A stretch of DNA of 64,000 nucleotides, taken from NCBI GenBank assembly GCA_943329075.2, contig CALQCM020000004.1:51123-115122 (forward strand), read 5' to 3'. A model generated the notes under the pieces. It was not told the origin of the DNA. It saw nothing but the letters and a program-made list of their open reading frames with translations, and did not search any database. Positions 1-8,836 of this stretch are shown piece after piece; positions within the stretch are counted from its first letter, which is position 1; every line of letters begins with the position of its first letter. Made by a program: the position numbers and the translations under genes. The DNA comes from Chitinophaga pinensis (GTDB lineage: Bacteria > Pseudomonadota > Gammaproteobacteria > Burkholderiales > SG8-41).

Positions 1-255
1 GAACGCGGTGGATTCCTGCGGCAGGCCGGCCTTGAGTGCAGCCACGCGCGAAATGTACATGTCACGGGCTTCGGTGTGGATCACGTTGCCAAGCGCCAGC
101 GCGCCGACCTGCTTCGGATCGATGTTGGCGCGCTTGATCGCCTCGCGGATCACCTGCGCCGCCAGTTCGGAGGGGGCTACATCCTTCAGTGCGCCGCCGT
201 AATCACCGATTGCCGTGCGCACGCCGCTGAGTACTACGATTTCACGTTCCGCCAT
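1..255 (-). CDS. acetyl-CoA C-acetyltransferase (thiolase), N-terminal 85 codons; gene runs off the window start
   Basis: Reverse-strand ATG at 255-253. My own translation is MAEREIVVLSGVRTAIGDYGGALKDVAPSELAAQVIREAIKRANIDPKQVGALALGNVIHTEARDMYISRVAALKAGLPQESTAF, a typical thiolase N-terminus. It is absent from the ORF track because no stop lies in the window. Confidence 0.8.
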   Translation of the reverse strand, partial: MAEREIVVLSGVRTAIGDYGGALKDVAPSELAAQVIREAIKRANIDPKQVGALALGNVIHTEARDMYISRVAALKAGLPQESTAF

Positions 256-363
256 GATGGGTCTCCTCGATACGATAGTTGTCAGGAAAAACGCAGCTGT
301 CTTGATCTGAAAACGGAACCGCAGTTTACGCCAGCGGCATGCCCAATACCATGAGCTGGATCA

Positions 364-1338
364 TTATTCGACGCGGATGTTGGCGGCCTTGGCGATCTTG
401 TGCCACGCCGGGATTTCACGTTGCAGCAAGGCGGCGAACTCATCCGGCGTGTTGCTGACCGGCTCAAGCCCGGCGACCGCGAAACGTTCAAGCACGACGG
501 GCGCCTTGAGCAGGCGCCCGATTTCGCCCGCCAGTTTCAGCACGATGGGCCGTGCGGTGCCGCCCGGCGCCATCATGCCGTACCAGACGTTGAAGTCGTA
601 ACCCGGCACACCGGCTTCCGCCACCGTCGGCACCTCCGGCGCCATGCGCGAACGCTGCACGCCGGACACCGCCAGCACTTTTATTTTTCCGCTTTTTGCC
701 TGCGGCAACACGGTGGCAAGCCCGGCCATCAGCAACTGCAGTTCGCCCGACATCAGCGCCGACATGCCCGGCCCGGTGCCTTTATACGGAATGTGCATCA
801 GCTTGATGCCGGCCTTGTACTGAAACAATTCAACACCCAGATGGGAGGCTGAACCGGTGCCGCCGGAGCCATAGGTGATGTCGCCCGGTTTGCTTTTCGC
901 CAGCGCGACGAGTTCACGGATCGAATTGGCCGGCACTGCAGAGTTGACGGCGAGCACGAATGGCTGGTTGGCGACCAGCGAAATCGGCGTCAGATCTTTC
1001 TGCGGGTCGTAGGGCAGTTTCGGATTGATGGCGGAGGCGAAGGAGAGGTGGCCGTTGCTGCCGAGTACCAGCGTGTAACCGTCGGGGGCGGAGAGTTTTG
1101 CCGCGACCGTTACACCGGCAATGCCGCCGGCGCCGCCGCGGTTATCGACGACGACCGCCTGGCCGAGGCTTTCCGTGAGGCCCTGCGCAATCAGCCGTGC
1201 GGCGATATCGGTGCCGCCGCCGGGGGCCGAGGGCACGATCAGGCGGATCGGTTTGGCCGGATAGTTTTGCGCGGTGGCCGGCGCACTCAGCGCGAGTACT
1301 GTTGCGGCAGCGAGGGCATGGCGTGCGGTGTGCTTCAT
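364..1338 (-). CDS. Bug/TctC-family tripartite tricarboxylate transporter substrate-binding protein
   Basis: 324-aa ORF with ATG start and a signal peptide ending ATAQ. Motifs YPAKPIRLIVPSAPGGGTD, DNRGGAGG and PDGYTL are typical of the Bug family. Confidence 0.9.
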   Translation of the reverse strand: MKHTARHALAAATVLALSAPATAQNYPAKPIRLIVPSAPGGGTDIAARLIAQGLTESLGQAVVVDNRGGAGGIAGVTVAAKLSAPDGYTLVLGSNGHLSFASAINPKLPYDPQKDLTPISLVANQPFVLAVNSAVPANSIRELVALAKSKPGDITYGSGGTGSASHLGVELFQYKAGIKLMHIPYKGTGPGMSALMSGELQLLMAGLATVLPQAKSGKIKVLAVSGVQRSRMAPEVPTVAEAGVPGYDFNVWYGMMAPGGTARPIVLKLAGEIGRLLKAPVVLERFAVAGLEPVSNTPDEFAALLQREIPAWHKIAKAANIRVE

Positions 1339-1514
1339 GGATGTTCCTGCGTTCGAAGAGAGGTGGCCGGATATTACACCCGTGCCGGCGCGCTATCTTT
1401 TAGCGTGAGAATGCAGCGTCATCGTCGCCCCGTGCGGGGCCGGCCGCCGCGGATGTTATGATCATTTTCCGAAAGCGCACCTGCGTGCGATAAAAAATCA
1501 GTGAGGAGAACATT

Positions 1515-2249
1515 TTGAATTCCGGATTCTGGATCAGCTGGTACAACCTGCCCGAGCAGGGTCGCGACAAATATCTGGCGTGGCTTCACGACAGCTATAT
1601 ACCGATGGTGCTCAAGCGCCCCGGCGTGCTCGGCGCCGCGCACTATGCGTCGGAATCGAACGTCAGAATTTCCGGCGAGGCGGGGCGTTTGCGCGCAACA
1701 CCCGATCCGAATGTGCCGCAGGGCGACCGCTACATTCTCGTCTTCGGCGGCGCAACGCCGTACGCTTTTGCCAATCCGGCGCCGTCGATTTATCACGCCG
1801 GATTGCCGGCGGTTGATCGAAAAATGCTGGCCATGCGCATCGGCGAACGCTCGAACGTGATGGCGCTCGAAGGCATGGCGTACGGGCCGGAAGCGAAAGC
1901 GGCCAAAGACGACATGACCTTCATGCCGGGTATGCAGATGGGCAGTTTCAACGCCGGTGCGATCGAAGACGAGGACGAATTGATGGACTGGTACGCGACG
2001 TGGCGCCTGCCGTGCATGGAGAAGTTGCCCGGCTGCGTGCGCATCCGCAAACTGGTGTCGGTGTCGGGTTGGGCCAAACACGCGGTGTTCTACGAATTCG
2101 TCTCGGTCGATGCGCGCAACCAGAAATTCGTCGACCACGAAAGTTTCAATCCGGAGCAGGAGGCGTGGACCGACAAGGTTGTGCGCAAGCTGGTGCATGC
2201 GCCGGGTTCGCCCAACGTCGCGCGCCGCATCTGGCCGGCCTCGTCCTGA
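1515..2249 (+). CDS. hypothetical protein, possibly tandem ferredoxin-like alpha/beta-barrel (EthD/DUF4286-like) domains
   Basis: 244-aa ORF with a TTG start 6 nt after GAGGAG. The two halves share a pattern (WYNLPEQGRDKYLAWLHDSYIPMV versus DWYATWRLPCMEKLPG...KHAVFYEF). The family assignment is tentative. Confidence 0.55.
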   Translation: MNSGFWISWYNLPEQGRDKYLAWLHDSYIPMVLKRPGVLGAAHYASESNVRISGEAGRLRATPDPNVPQGDRYILVFGGATPYAFANPAPSIYHAGLPAVDRKMLAMRIGERSNVMALEGMAYGPEAKAAKDDMTFMPGMQMGSFNAGAIEDEDELMDWYATWRLPCMEKLPGCVRIRKLVSVSGWAKHAVFYEFVSVDARNQKFVDHESFNPEQEAWTDKVVRKLVHAPGSPNVARRIWPASS

Positions 2250-2269
2250 GCGGCGTCAAGGGCTTATAA

Positions 2270-2297
2270 CTGAAGCGGCGCGTTCGTGCCGCTTCAG
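2270..2297. terminator. hairpin between convergent genes (ctgaagcggc-N8-gccgcttcag)
   Basis: Perfect 10-bp stem followed by tgtttt on the plus strand. It sits 21 nt after the 2249 stop and overlaps the stop of the 2294..3955 gene. Confidence 0.5.
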
Positions 2298-3955
2298 TGT
2301 TTTGCGGCAACGGCGTCGAGGCGGCGATAGAGTCGATAGCGCTCGACCTTGTCGCCCGGGCGCGTGCCTTCCCAGATTTTTTCCCAGCGGCCTGTCGGCA
2401 CCTGCTCTTCGCTCGCCACACCCTGCGCCAGTGTCAGTTCGCAATCGCGGCGGCGTTCCGGCTGGTCGAGACGGTAAGTGATGATGTTGGCAAAATAATG
2501 CAGCATCGCGCGCTGCGGTTCGCCCAGCGTCTGGCTGGCGATGCAGTCGTATTTTGGCGGCAGTGCTTTCTGCATGTCGGCGATCATCGCGCGGTAGCTT
2601 TTGCCGGCATCAAGCCAGCCGACGAAGAGTATGGCCAGCAGCCCCCACACCATCGTTATCGTTGCCGCCCACGCGATGACCGGCCGCTCGCGGCCCTTGC
2701 GCAGCTTCAGCAAGAACACGATCCAGCCGATCGAATACAGCGCGGCTAGCGTGAACGCCAGCCACTTGAAACCCGGCGTGTAACCCGGTTGCAGCGTGTG
2801 CAGATGGGCGTGCAGTTTCGCCGGTAGCGCGAGTTCGAGCGCACCCCAGTAAAACCACGCCACGATCATGAAGAAGCCGCCACCCATGATGCTGAACCAG
2901 TACATGAGATTGGCGACACCGCGGCGCAGCGTGTCGACGGCCGGCGTGGCGAGCAGCGCGAGCGGGATCAGCATCGGCAGCGCGTAGAGTTCGCGCGCGT
3001 CGGCCGACACACTGAGCACCAGAAAAATCACGATGAAGCCAAGCAATGGCAGCGCGTATGGCGGTGTCGTCAGACCTTTGGTGCGCGCGCGCCACAGCGC
3101 CCACGCTGCCAGCGGCAGCGTCGGCAGCGCGTACCACGGCAGGATGCGCAGGTAGTGCGCATTGTCGGCGCTCGGGCCGAGATCATTGCTGCCGAGGAAG
3201 CGGCCGAAATTGTTGATCATCAGCCATTCGTTGAAGAGCGCAGGTGACTGTGCATGCAGGGCCCAGGGCCACAGCAGCAGCCACGGCAGGCAGGCCAGCG
3301 CAGCAACCCCCAGCGCCGAGGCATAGCGGCGGTTGCGCCAGGCCGGCAGCAGCGGCAATAGCACGGCGACAATGCCGAAGATGCCCGGTGCGAGCAGGCC
3401 CTTCGACATGAAGCCGATGCCAACACCGGTGCCGAGCCAGAAGCCGCCGGCGGCAGGGCGGCGCAGTGCGAGTGCGAGTCCGTAAAACGCCGCGGCGAAG
3501 CCGGTCAGCAATGAAATGTCGGTGATCAACTGGTGGCTGCGGATGACAATGCCGAGGCCGGCCATCAGCAGCAGTGTCGCCAGTGCGCCGCGGCCCTTGC
3601 CGTACAGTTCCTGCGCGGCAGCGGCGACCAAGGCAAAGGTCAATGCCATGTAGAGGCCGGTGGTCAGCCGCGCGGCGTCGTGCAGCGCGAACGGCGGCGC
3701 GAGCAGTTTCGCCACCAGCGCCGCACTCCAGTAAAAGAGCGGCGGCTTTTCCATGAACGGTTCGCCGGCCAGCATCGGCACGATCCAGTCGCCGCCGTTG
3801 AGCAGGCTGTAGACGATGCCGAAGGTATAGGCCTCGTCGGGCTTCCATGGATCGTGGCCGAGCAGGCCCGGCAGTATCCATGCCGCGGCCAGTGCGATGA
3901 TCCACGCCAGCGCGATCGGTTGCGGAGCGGGCGGGCCGCCGGAGTTGAGTTTCAT
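2294..3955 (-). CDS. ArnT/PMT-like membrane glycosyltransferase (GT39/GT83 superfamily)
   Basis: 553-aa polytopic membrane protein. The N-terminal GHDPWKPDEAYTFGIV region and multi-TM layout resemble the 4-amino-4-deoxy-L-arabinose transferase / PMT_2 family. There is a soluble C-terminal tail of about 100 aa. Confidence 0.7.
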   Translation of the reverse strand: MKLNSGGPPAPQPIALAWIIALAAAWILPGLLGHDPWKPDEAYTFGIVYSLLNGGDWIVPMLAGEPFMEKPPLFYWSAALVAKLLAPPFALHDAARLTTGLYMALTFALVAAAAQELYGKGRGALATLLLMAGLGIVIRSHQLITDISLLTGFAAAFYGLALALRRPAAGGFWLGTGVGIGFMSKGLLAPGIFGIVAVLLPLLPAWRNRRYASALGVAALACLPWLLLWPWALHAQSPALFNEWLMINNFGRFLGSNDLGPSADNAHYLRILPWYALPTLPLAAWALWRARTKGLTTPPYALPLLGFIVIFLVLSVSADARELYALPMLIPLALLATPAVDTLRRGVANLMYWFSIMGGGFFMIVAWFYWGALELALPAKLHAHLHTLQPGYTPGFKWLAFTLAALYSIGWIVFLLKLRKGRERPVIAWAATITMVWGLLAILFVGWLDAGKSYRAMIADMQKALPPKYDCIASQTLGEPQRAMLHYFANIITYRLDQPERRRDCELTLAQGVASEEQVPTGRWEKIWEGTRPGDKVERYRLYRRLDAVAAKH

Positions 3956-4043
3956 CCTGCTATTTTCGTTCGATACGGCGATTCAGGCCACTGCTTTTGC
4001 AGCGGCTGCGGCATCCCGCGGGCATATTGCAACACGGCGGCGT

Positions 4044-4925
4044 TCAGGCCAGCGCGCGCTGATAGAGTTTTTCCAGCCGGCGCAGTGGCGCGCGCGACTC
4101 GTCTTGCATCGCCGCCGGCGGCAGATAGAAAGTCTGCTCGAGCAGGTACTGGCCGCTCAGTACCGCGTGCATGACCAGATCCGTAAATACGATCCACGTC
4201 GTGCTGGCGGACAGTTCGACGCGCGTTTTTGTGGTCGTCTGCTGATAGGCGTCGTCGAGTTTGGCCTGGTCGTGCATTCCGAGCATGATGTGGTCGTACT
4301 CGCTGCGTCGGCCCTTGGTGATGTGCAGTGTTTCGAGCAGCCACGCGCTGCCCGGCAATGGCGCGGGAATGCGGTCACGGAAACGCGCGGCGACGGCATC
4401 GAACGGTTCACCGAGTTCCCACACACGCGGCGCGCCGTCCGGATTGACGTTGCAGAACACGCGCAGGAGACGTTTGCCCTGCACCGGACGCGAAGCAAAT
4501 GCGTCGAGGTGCACGCGCATGTCGTCTTTGCGGATCGAGGCCTCGCGGTTCGCCGCGCTGATCGGACGGAAGCTGGTGAGCCCCCAGGCGAGGTCGCGTG
4601 CATAGGCGGGGCAGAGGCTAGTCACCAGCAGGCGCGCGGCGTTGGCGTAGCGGTCCATCATGGCGGCCAGCGCGCTGCGGTCGGCGCCCTCGGCGGCGGT
4701 GTGCCTGACCTGGTGCGCGGCCGGGTCGTAACTGACGTTTTTGGCCTTGCCGTCGGACCATTGCGGCGAGAGAAAACGCCGTTCCTCCGGCGCCAGCGTG
4801 AAGGCGAGCCGTGGCAGGTGCAACACCTGTCCGTTTTCAAGCGCGCTGGTGGCGTCAGCGGCAGCGGTGGCTGATGGCCCGGCATTCCATTCCGTGGCGT
4901 GGATGGTTTTGATGAGGTCGGTCAT
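4044..4925 (-). CDS. kdoO: Kdo hydroxylase-like Fe(II)/2-oxoglutarate dioxygenase (KdoO family)
   Basis: 293 aa. The N-terminal ALENGQVLHLPRLAFTL...FLSPQW...KNVSYDP and an H-x-D motif (RVHLDAF) match my memory of the Kdo_hydroxy (DUF2843) family. It has an ATGA overlap with the upstream M48 gene. Confidence 0.65.
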   Translation of the reverse strand: MTDLIKTIHATEWNAGPSATAAADATSALENGQVLHLPRLAFTLAPEERRFLSPQWSDGKAKNVSYDPAAHQVRHTAAEGADRSALAAMMDRYANAARLLVTSLCPAYARDLAWGLTSFRPISAANREASIRKDDMRVHLDAFASRPVQGKRLLRVFCNVNPDGAPRVWELGEPFDAVAARFRDRIPAPLPGSAWLLETLHITKGRRSEYDHIMLGMHDQAKLDDAYQQTTTKTRVELSASTTWIVFTDLVMHAVLSGQYLLEQTFYLPPAAMQDESRAPLRRLEKLYQRALA

Positions 4926-6370
4926 TCGATCACCTTCAGAGGTTGTCCGGCGAGTGGTTCGCCGTTTGGATACATTCCGTTGATCAGGCGCAGATGCGAT
5001 ACCGCATTCTTGCCGAGTGGCGAATGACGCGCCAGTTCGGCGAAACGCGTGTCCTTCGCTGCATTGATCACGCGCAGCGTGAGCGGGCGCGCAAGTGCCC
5101 GCTCGGCGTCGCCGATTGTGCGGAAACTATTGATCGCCGCATTGATCTCGGGCAAAGCCCGTTGCATTGCCTGCGCAGTTTTCGCCTGTCCGCCGATCAG
5201 GAATGCCGACTTGCCGAGAAAAACCAGCGCCACGCGGGTCGGTTTGCCCTGCATGCTGGTGGTGGTGACGGCGGCCTGCAGCCCGTTGATCGACAATTGC
5301 GTGGCTTCCGGCCCGAGGTTGCCGCGCAATGCCTTGCGCAGCGCATCGAGCGGCGAACCCTGCGCCGGACCGGCGCCGCGCAGATCAATGATGGCATCGT
5401 TGGCGGTGTTGGTCGCGGTGACGTTGGCCGGCTGGTTGCGGATTTTCCAGTCGCGCGGAAAAGTCAGCGCCAGGCCGAAATCAACATGATAAAAGTTGCC
5501 GTTGCGGATGGTGCCCTGCGCCGGACTGTCGGCAAACACCAGTTTGTCGATCACGCGCAGAAATTCTTCCTGATTGATGCGCGTGGCGCCCGGCGCCGGT
5601 TTGCCGGCCTCGGCGATCACCTGTTGCAGGCGGGTGTCGGCGTCCGGGTGCGAGGCGAACACGCCGTGGTAGGCGCGTGGCTCGCGGCCCTCGGTTTTTG
5701 CCACCTCGGCATCGAACAGTTCCTGGTTTTTCAGCACGCCGACCACTTTGATCATGGCCTGCGGATCGTAGCCGCTGCGGGAGAGGTATTGCGCGCCGAG
5801 ACGGTCGGCCTCGAGTTCGTGATCACGGCCGTAACCCGACAGCAGTGCGTTGCCCAGCAGGTTGATGGCGCTGTCGCCGACCTGGTTGCGCAGCACCGGC
5901 ACGAAAATTTCGAGCAGGGTGGCGCCGACGCCGGCGGCGGTGGCGGCACTCATCTGCTGCACGCTGTGGCGCGCGGTGACGTGGCCGATCTCGTGGCCGA
6001 TCACGCCGGCGAGTTCCGCTTCCGAGTTCAGATAACTCATGATGCCGCGCGTGATGTAGATGTAACCGCCGGGCAGCGCGAAGGCGTTGATCTCCGGCGA
6101 ATCAACCACCGTGAACGTGTATTGCAGAGCAGGGCGGTGGCTTTCTTTCGCCAGACGCTGGCCGACGTCGTTGACGTATTTCTGCAGCGCCTTGTCGTCA
6201 TAGACGCCGTACTGCTGGCGTACCTTGACGTCTTCCTTGCGGCCGACCTGCACTTCCTGCGATTCCGACATGGTGACGAAATTCGGATTGCCGGAAACCG
6301 GATTCTGCGCGCAGTCGGTCAGCAGCAGACTTGCGGTGGCGGCGGCGATCGTCAAAAGCTTGGACTTCAT
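4922..6370 (-). CDS. M48-family zinc metalloprotease, lipoprotein
   Basis: 482 aa with a lipobox-like LLLTDC and an HEIGHVTARH (HExxH) motif. Its stop overlaps the kdoO-like start. Confidence 0.85.
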   Translation of the reverse strand: MKSKLLTIAAATASLLLTDCAQNPVSGNPNFVTMSESQEVQVGRKEDVKVRQQYGVYDDKALQKYVNDVGQRLAKESHRPALQYTFTVVDSPEINAFALPGGYIYITRGIMSYLNSEAELAGVIGHEIGHVTARHSVQQMSAATAAGVGATLLEIFVPVLRNQVGDSAINLLGNALLSGYGRDHELEADRLGAQYLSRSGYDPQAMIKVVGVLKNQELFDAEVAKTEGREPRAYHGVFASHPDADTRLQQVIAEAGKPAPGATRINQEEFLRVIDKLVFADSPAQGTIRNGNFYHVDFGLALTFPRDWKIRNQPANVTATNTANDAIIDLRGAGPAQGSPLDALRKALRGNLGPEATQLSINGLQAAVTTTSMQGKPTRVALVFLGKSAFLIGGQAKTAQAMQRALPEINAAINSFRTIGDAERALARPLTLRVINAAKDTRFAELARHSPLGKNAVSHLRLINGMYPNGEPLAGQPLKVIE

Positions 6371-6560
6371 AGGAGTGCGATTTTAACGGTTGGCAGGGCA
6401 TGCGACCAAGCGGTCGCCCCCGAATCGTGCGTGCCGCACTATTAACGTGCAAAGCCGCTGGCGGCTGATTGCGCGCGGCCCATTACAAATATCCGGGCGC
6501 CATTATTTTTATCAATCAAAACATGTTTTTGAAGAGGTTTCGAGGAAGCCTGCGGGGGGC

Positions 6561-6576
6561 TGGTATGGCACGTGCT
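6561..6576 (+). promoter_or_regulatory. candidate sigma-54 (-24/-12) promoter for the cyanate-type operon
   Basis: TGGTATGGCACGTGCT has GG and GC separated exactly as in the TGGCAC-N5-TTGCW consensus. It lies about 36 nt upstream of ATG 6612, and an AT-rich tract at 6500-6535 lies upstream. Confidence 0.35.
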
Positions 6577-6611
6577 AAAGGAAGGTGCACAACTTAGCCG
6601 CGGAGGGCGCC

Positions 6612-7985
6612 ATGTCAGGATTCAAAAACCCGTATGACCCGAATATCAAACTGTCCTCTGGTTGCGGCTGCGGTGGACATTCGACACAGGCCGAACACGA
6701 CGCGGCTGCCGAGTCGGCGCGGTTCGACAGCGGCAGCGAGGCCCTGCAGTCGCGTGTGGTTGAATCGGCCGTCATGCGCGCGCTGTTTCCGCAGGATGAA
6801 TTGCGCCGGCGTTTTTTGCGCGCAGTCGGTGCGGGCACTGCATTATCGGCAATCTCGACATTTTTTCCGCTCGGCATGGCGAAAGAGGCCTTCGCCCAGG
6901 TCGGCAAACTGGAAAAGCAGTCGGTCAAGATCGGCTTTATCCCCATCACGTGCGCGACGCCCATCATCATGTCCTTGCCGATGGGTTTCTATTCGCGCCA
7001 GGGCCTGAACGTGGACGTTGTCAAAACCGCCGGCTGGGCCGTCATTCGCGACAAAACGCTGAACAAGGAATACGACGCCGCGCACATGCTCTCGCCGATG
7101 CCGCTGGCGATATCGCTGGGCGCCGGCTCGAACCCGATTCCCTATGTCGTGCCGGCGATCGAAAACATCAACGGCCAGGCCATTACGCTGTCGGTCAAGC
7201 ATAAGGACAAGCGCGATCCCAAGCAATGGAAGGGCTTCAAGTTCGCGGTGCCTTTCGACTATTCGATGCACAACTACCTGCTGCGCTATTACCTTGCCGA
7301 GCACGGGCTGGATCCGGACCGCGACGTGCAGATCCGTTCGGTGCCGCCGCCCGAAATGGTGGCGAACCTGCGTGCCGACAACATCGACGGTTTCCTCGCG
7401 CCCGATCCGGTCAACCAGCGCGCGGTGTATGACGGCGTCGGCTTCATTCATATGCTGACGAAGGAAATGTGGGAGGGTCATCCCTGCTGCGCGTTCGCCG
7501 CCAGCAAGGAGTTCATCACAAACAACCCGAACACCTATCGCGCATTGCTGCGCGCGATTGTCGATGCGACGGCATTCGCCGCCAAGCCGGAGAACCGCAA
7601 GCAAATCGCCGAAGCCATCGCGCCGGCGAATTTTCTCAACCAGCCGGTGACGGTGGTCGAGCAGGTGTTGACCGGCAGTTACGCCGATGGTCTGGGCAAC
7701 GTGCTCAAGGTGCCCAACCGCATCGACTTTGATCCCTTCCCGTGGAATTCGTTTGCGGTCTGGATCATGACGCAGATGAAGCGCTGGGGGCAGATCAAGG
7801 GCAACATCGATTACGCCAAAGTCGCGCGCGAAGTGTTTCTGGCCACCGACGCGGCGAAAATGATGAAGGAAGCCGGTTTGAAACCGCCGGCGACGACGAG
7901 CAAGAAGTTCTCGGTCATGGGCAAGGAGTTCGATCCGGCCAAACCCGACGATTATATCGCGAGCTTCGCGATCAAACGGGCCTGA
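6612..7985 (+). CDS. NrtA/CmpA/CynA-family ABC transporter substrate-binding protein (cyanate/nitrate type)
   Basis: ATG 6612 is preceded by GGAGGG (the ORF track starts at GTG 6585). The twin-arginine motif RRRFLRAVGAG lies about 64 aa in. A periplasmic binding domain follows, and the gene is followed by a permease, an ATPase and cynS. Confidence 0.8.
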   Translation: MSGFKNPYDPNIKLSSGCGCGGHSTQAEHDAAAESARFDSGSEALQSRVVESAVMRALFPQDELRRRFLRAVGAGTALSAISTFFPLGMAKEAFAQVGKLEKQSVKIGFIPITCATPIIMSLPMGFYSRQGLNVDVVKTAGWAVIRDKTLNKEYDAAHMLSPMPLAISLGAGSNPIPYVVPAIENINGQAITLSVKHKDKRDPKQWKGFKFAVPFDYSMHNYLLRYYLAEHGLDPDRDVQIRSVPPPEMVANLRADNIDGFLAPDPVNQRAVYDGVGFIHMLTKEMWEGHPCCAFAASKEFITNNPNTYRALLRAIVDATAFAAKPENRKQIAEAIAPANFLNQPVTVVEQVLTGSYADGLGNVLKVPNRIDFDPFPWNSFAVWIMTQMKRWGQIKGNIDYAKVAREVFLATDAAKMMKEAGLKPPATTSKKFSVMGKEFDPAKPDDYIASFAIKRA

Positions 7986-7988
7986 GCG

Positions 7989-8831
7989 ATGCAGCGTTCG
8001 GGCCGGCTTGCGGCGACCTTGCTCTCGTTCGTCATCTTCGCGCTGTTCGTGGCGGTCTGGCATGTGGCGACGCTGCCGACCGGCGGCGCGCCGGTGGCCG
8101 ACTCGGAGTACTCGAAACTGGTGGGGAGTGCCGCCGCCAGCGGCCAGAAGTCGGCCATGCCGTCGCCGAAGGATGTGGCGCTCAAGTTGTGGGAGCACGT
8201 GAAGGATCCGTTCTTCGTGCGCGGCACCAACGACCAGGGCATTGGCATCCAGATCGCCTACTCGATCGGCCGCGTGCTGCTCGGGTTCAGTCTTGCAGCG
8301 CTGGTGGCCATTCCGCTCGGTTTCGTCATCGGCATGTCGCCGCTGCTCTATCGGGCATTCGATCCGTTTATCCAGGTGTTGAAACCGATCTCGCCGCTGG
8401 CGTGGATGCCGCTGGCGCTGTTCACCATCAAGGACAGCGCGACCTCGTCGATCTTCGTGATTTTCATCTGTTCGTTGTGGCCGATGCTGATCAACACCGC
8501 GTTTGGTGTATCGGCGGTGCGGCGTGAATGGTTGAACGTGGCGCGCACGCTCGAAGTCTCGCCGTTGCGCAAGGCGTTCCTGGTGGTGCTGCCGGCGGCC
8601 GCACCCACCATCATGACCGGCATGCGCATCTCGGTCGGCATCGCCTGGCTGGTGATCGTCGCTGCGGAGATGCTGGTCGGCGGCACCGGCATCGGCTACT
8701 TCGTCTGGAACGAGTGGAACAATCTTTCGATCAGCAACATTCTGTGCGCCATCCTGCTGATCGGCCTGGTCGGCATGCTGCTCGACCAGATCCTCGCGCG
8801 ACTCGCGTGCGCCGTGAGCTATCCGGAGTAA
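7989..8831 (+). CDS. ABC transporter permease (NrtB/CynB type)
   Basis: 280-aa polytopic protein with a binding-protein-dependent transport inner-membrane signature region (VARTLEVSPLRKAFLVVLPAAAPTIMTGMRISVGIAW). Confidence 0.85.
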   Translation: MQRSGRLAATLLSFVIFALFVAVWHVATLPTGGAPVADSEYSKLVGSAAASGQKSAMPSPKDVALKLWEHVKDPFFVRGTNDQGIGIQIAYSIGRVLLGFSLAALVAIPLGFVIGMSPLLYRAFDPFIQVLKPISPLAWMPLALFTIKDSATSSIFVIFICSLWPMLINTAFGVSAVRREWLNVARTLEVSPLRKAFLVVLPAAAPTIMTGMRISVGIAWLVIVAAEMLVGGTGIGYFVWNEWNNLSISNILCAILLIGLVGMLLDQILARLACAVSYPE

Positions 8832-8836
8832 GGCGC

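Noticed and set aside
6391-6403. A second sigma-54-like motif, TGGCAGGGCATGC.
   Set aside because: The GG-to-GC spacing is two nucleotides short of the -24/-12 consensus.
6843-8198. Long antisense or alternate-frame ORFs: 6843..8198, 8819..10243, 10240..11547, 40962..42083, 52994..54421, 57293..58834, 59787..60698 and many shorter ones.
   Set aside because: They lie opposite or out of frame to genes with clear family signatures. Their products are Arg/Gly/His-rich low-complexity strings, typical of shadow ORFs in high-GC DNA.
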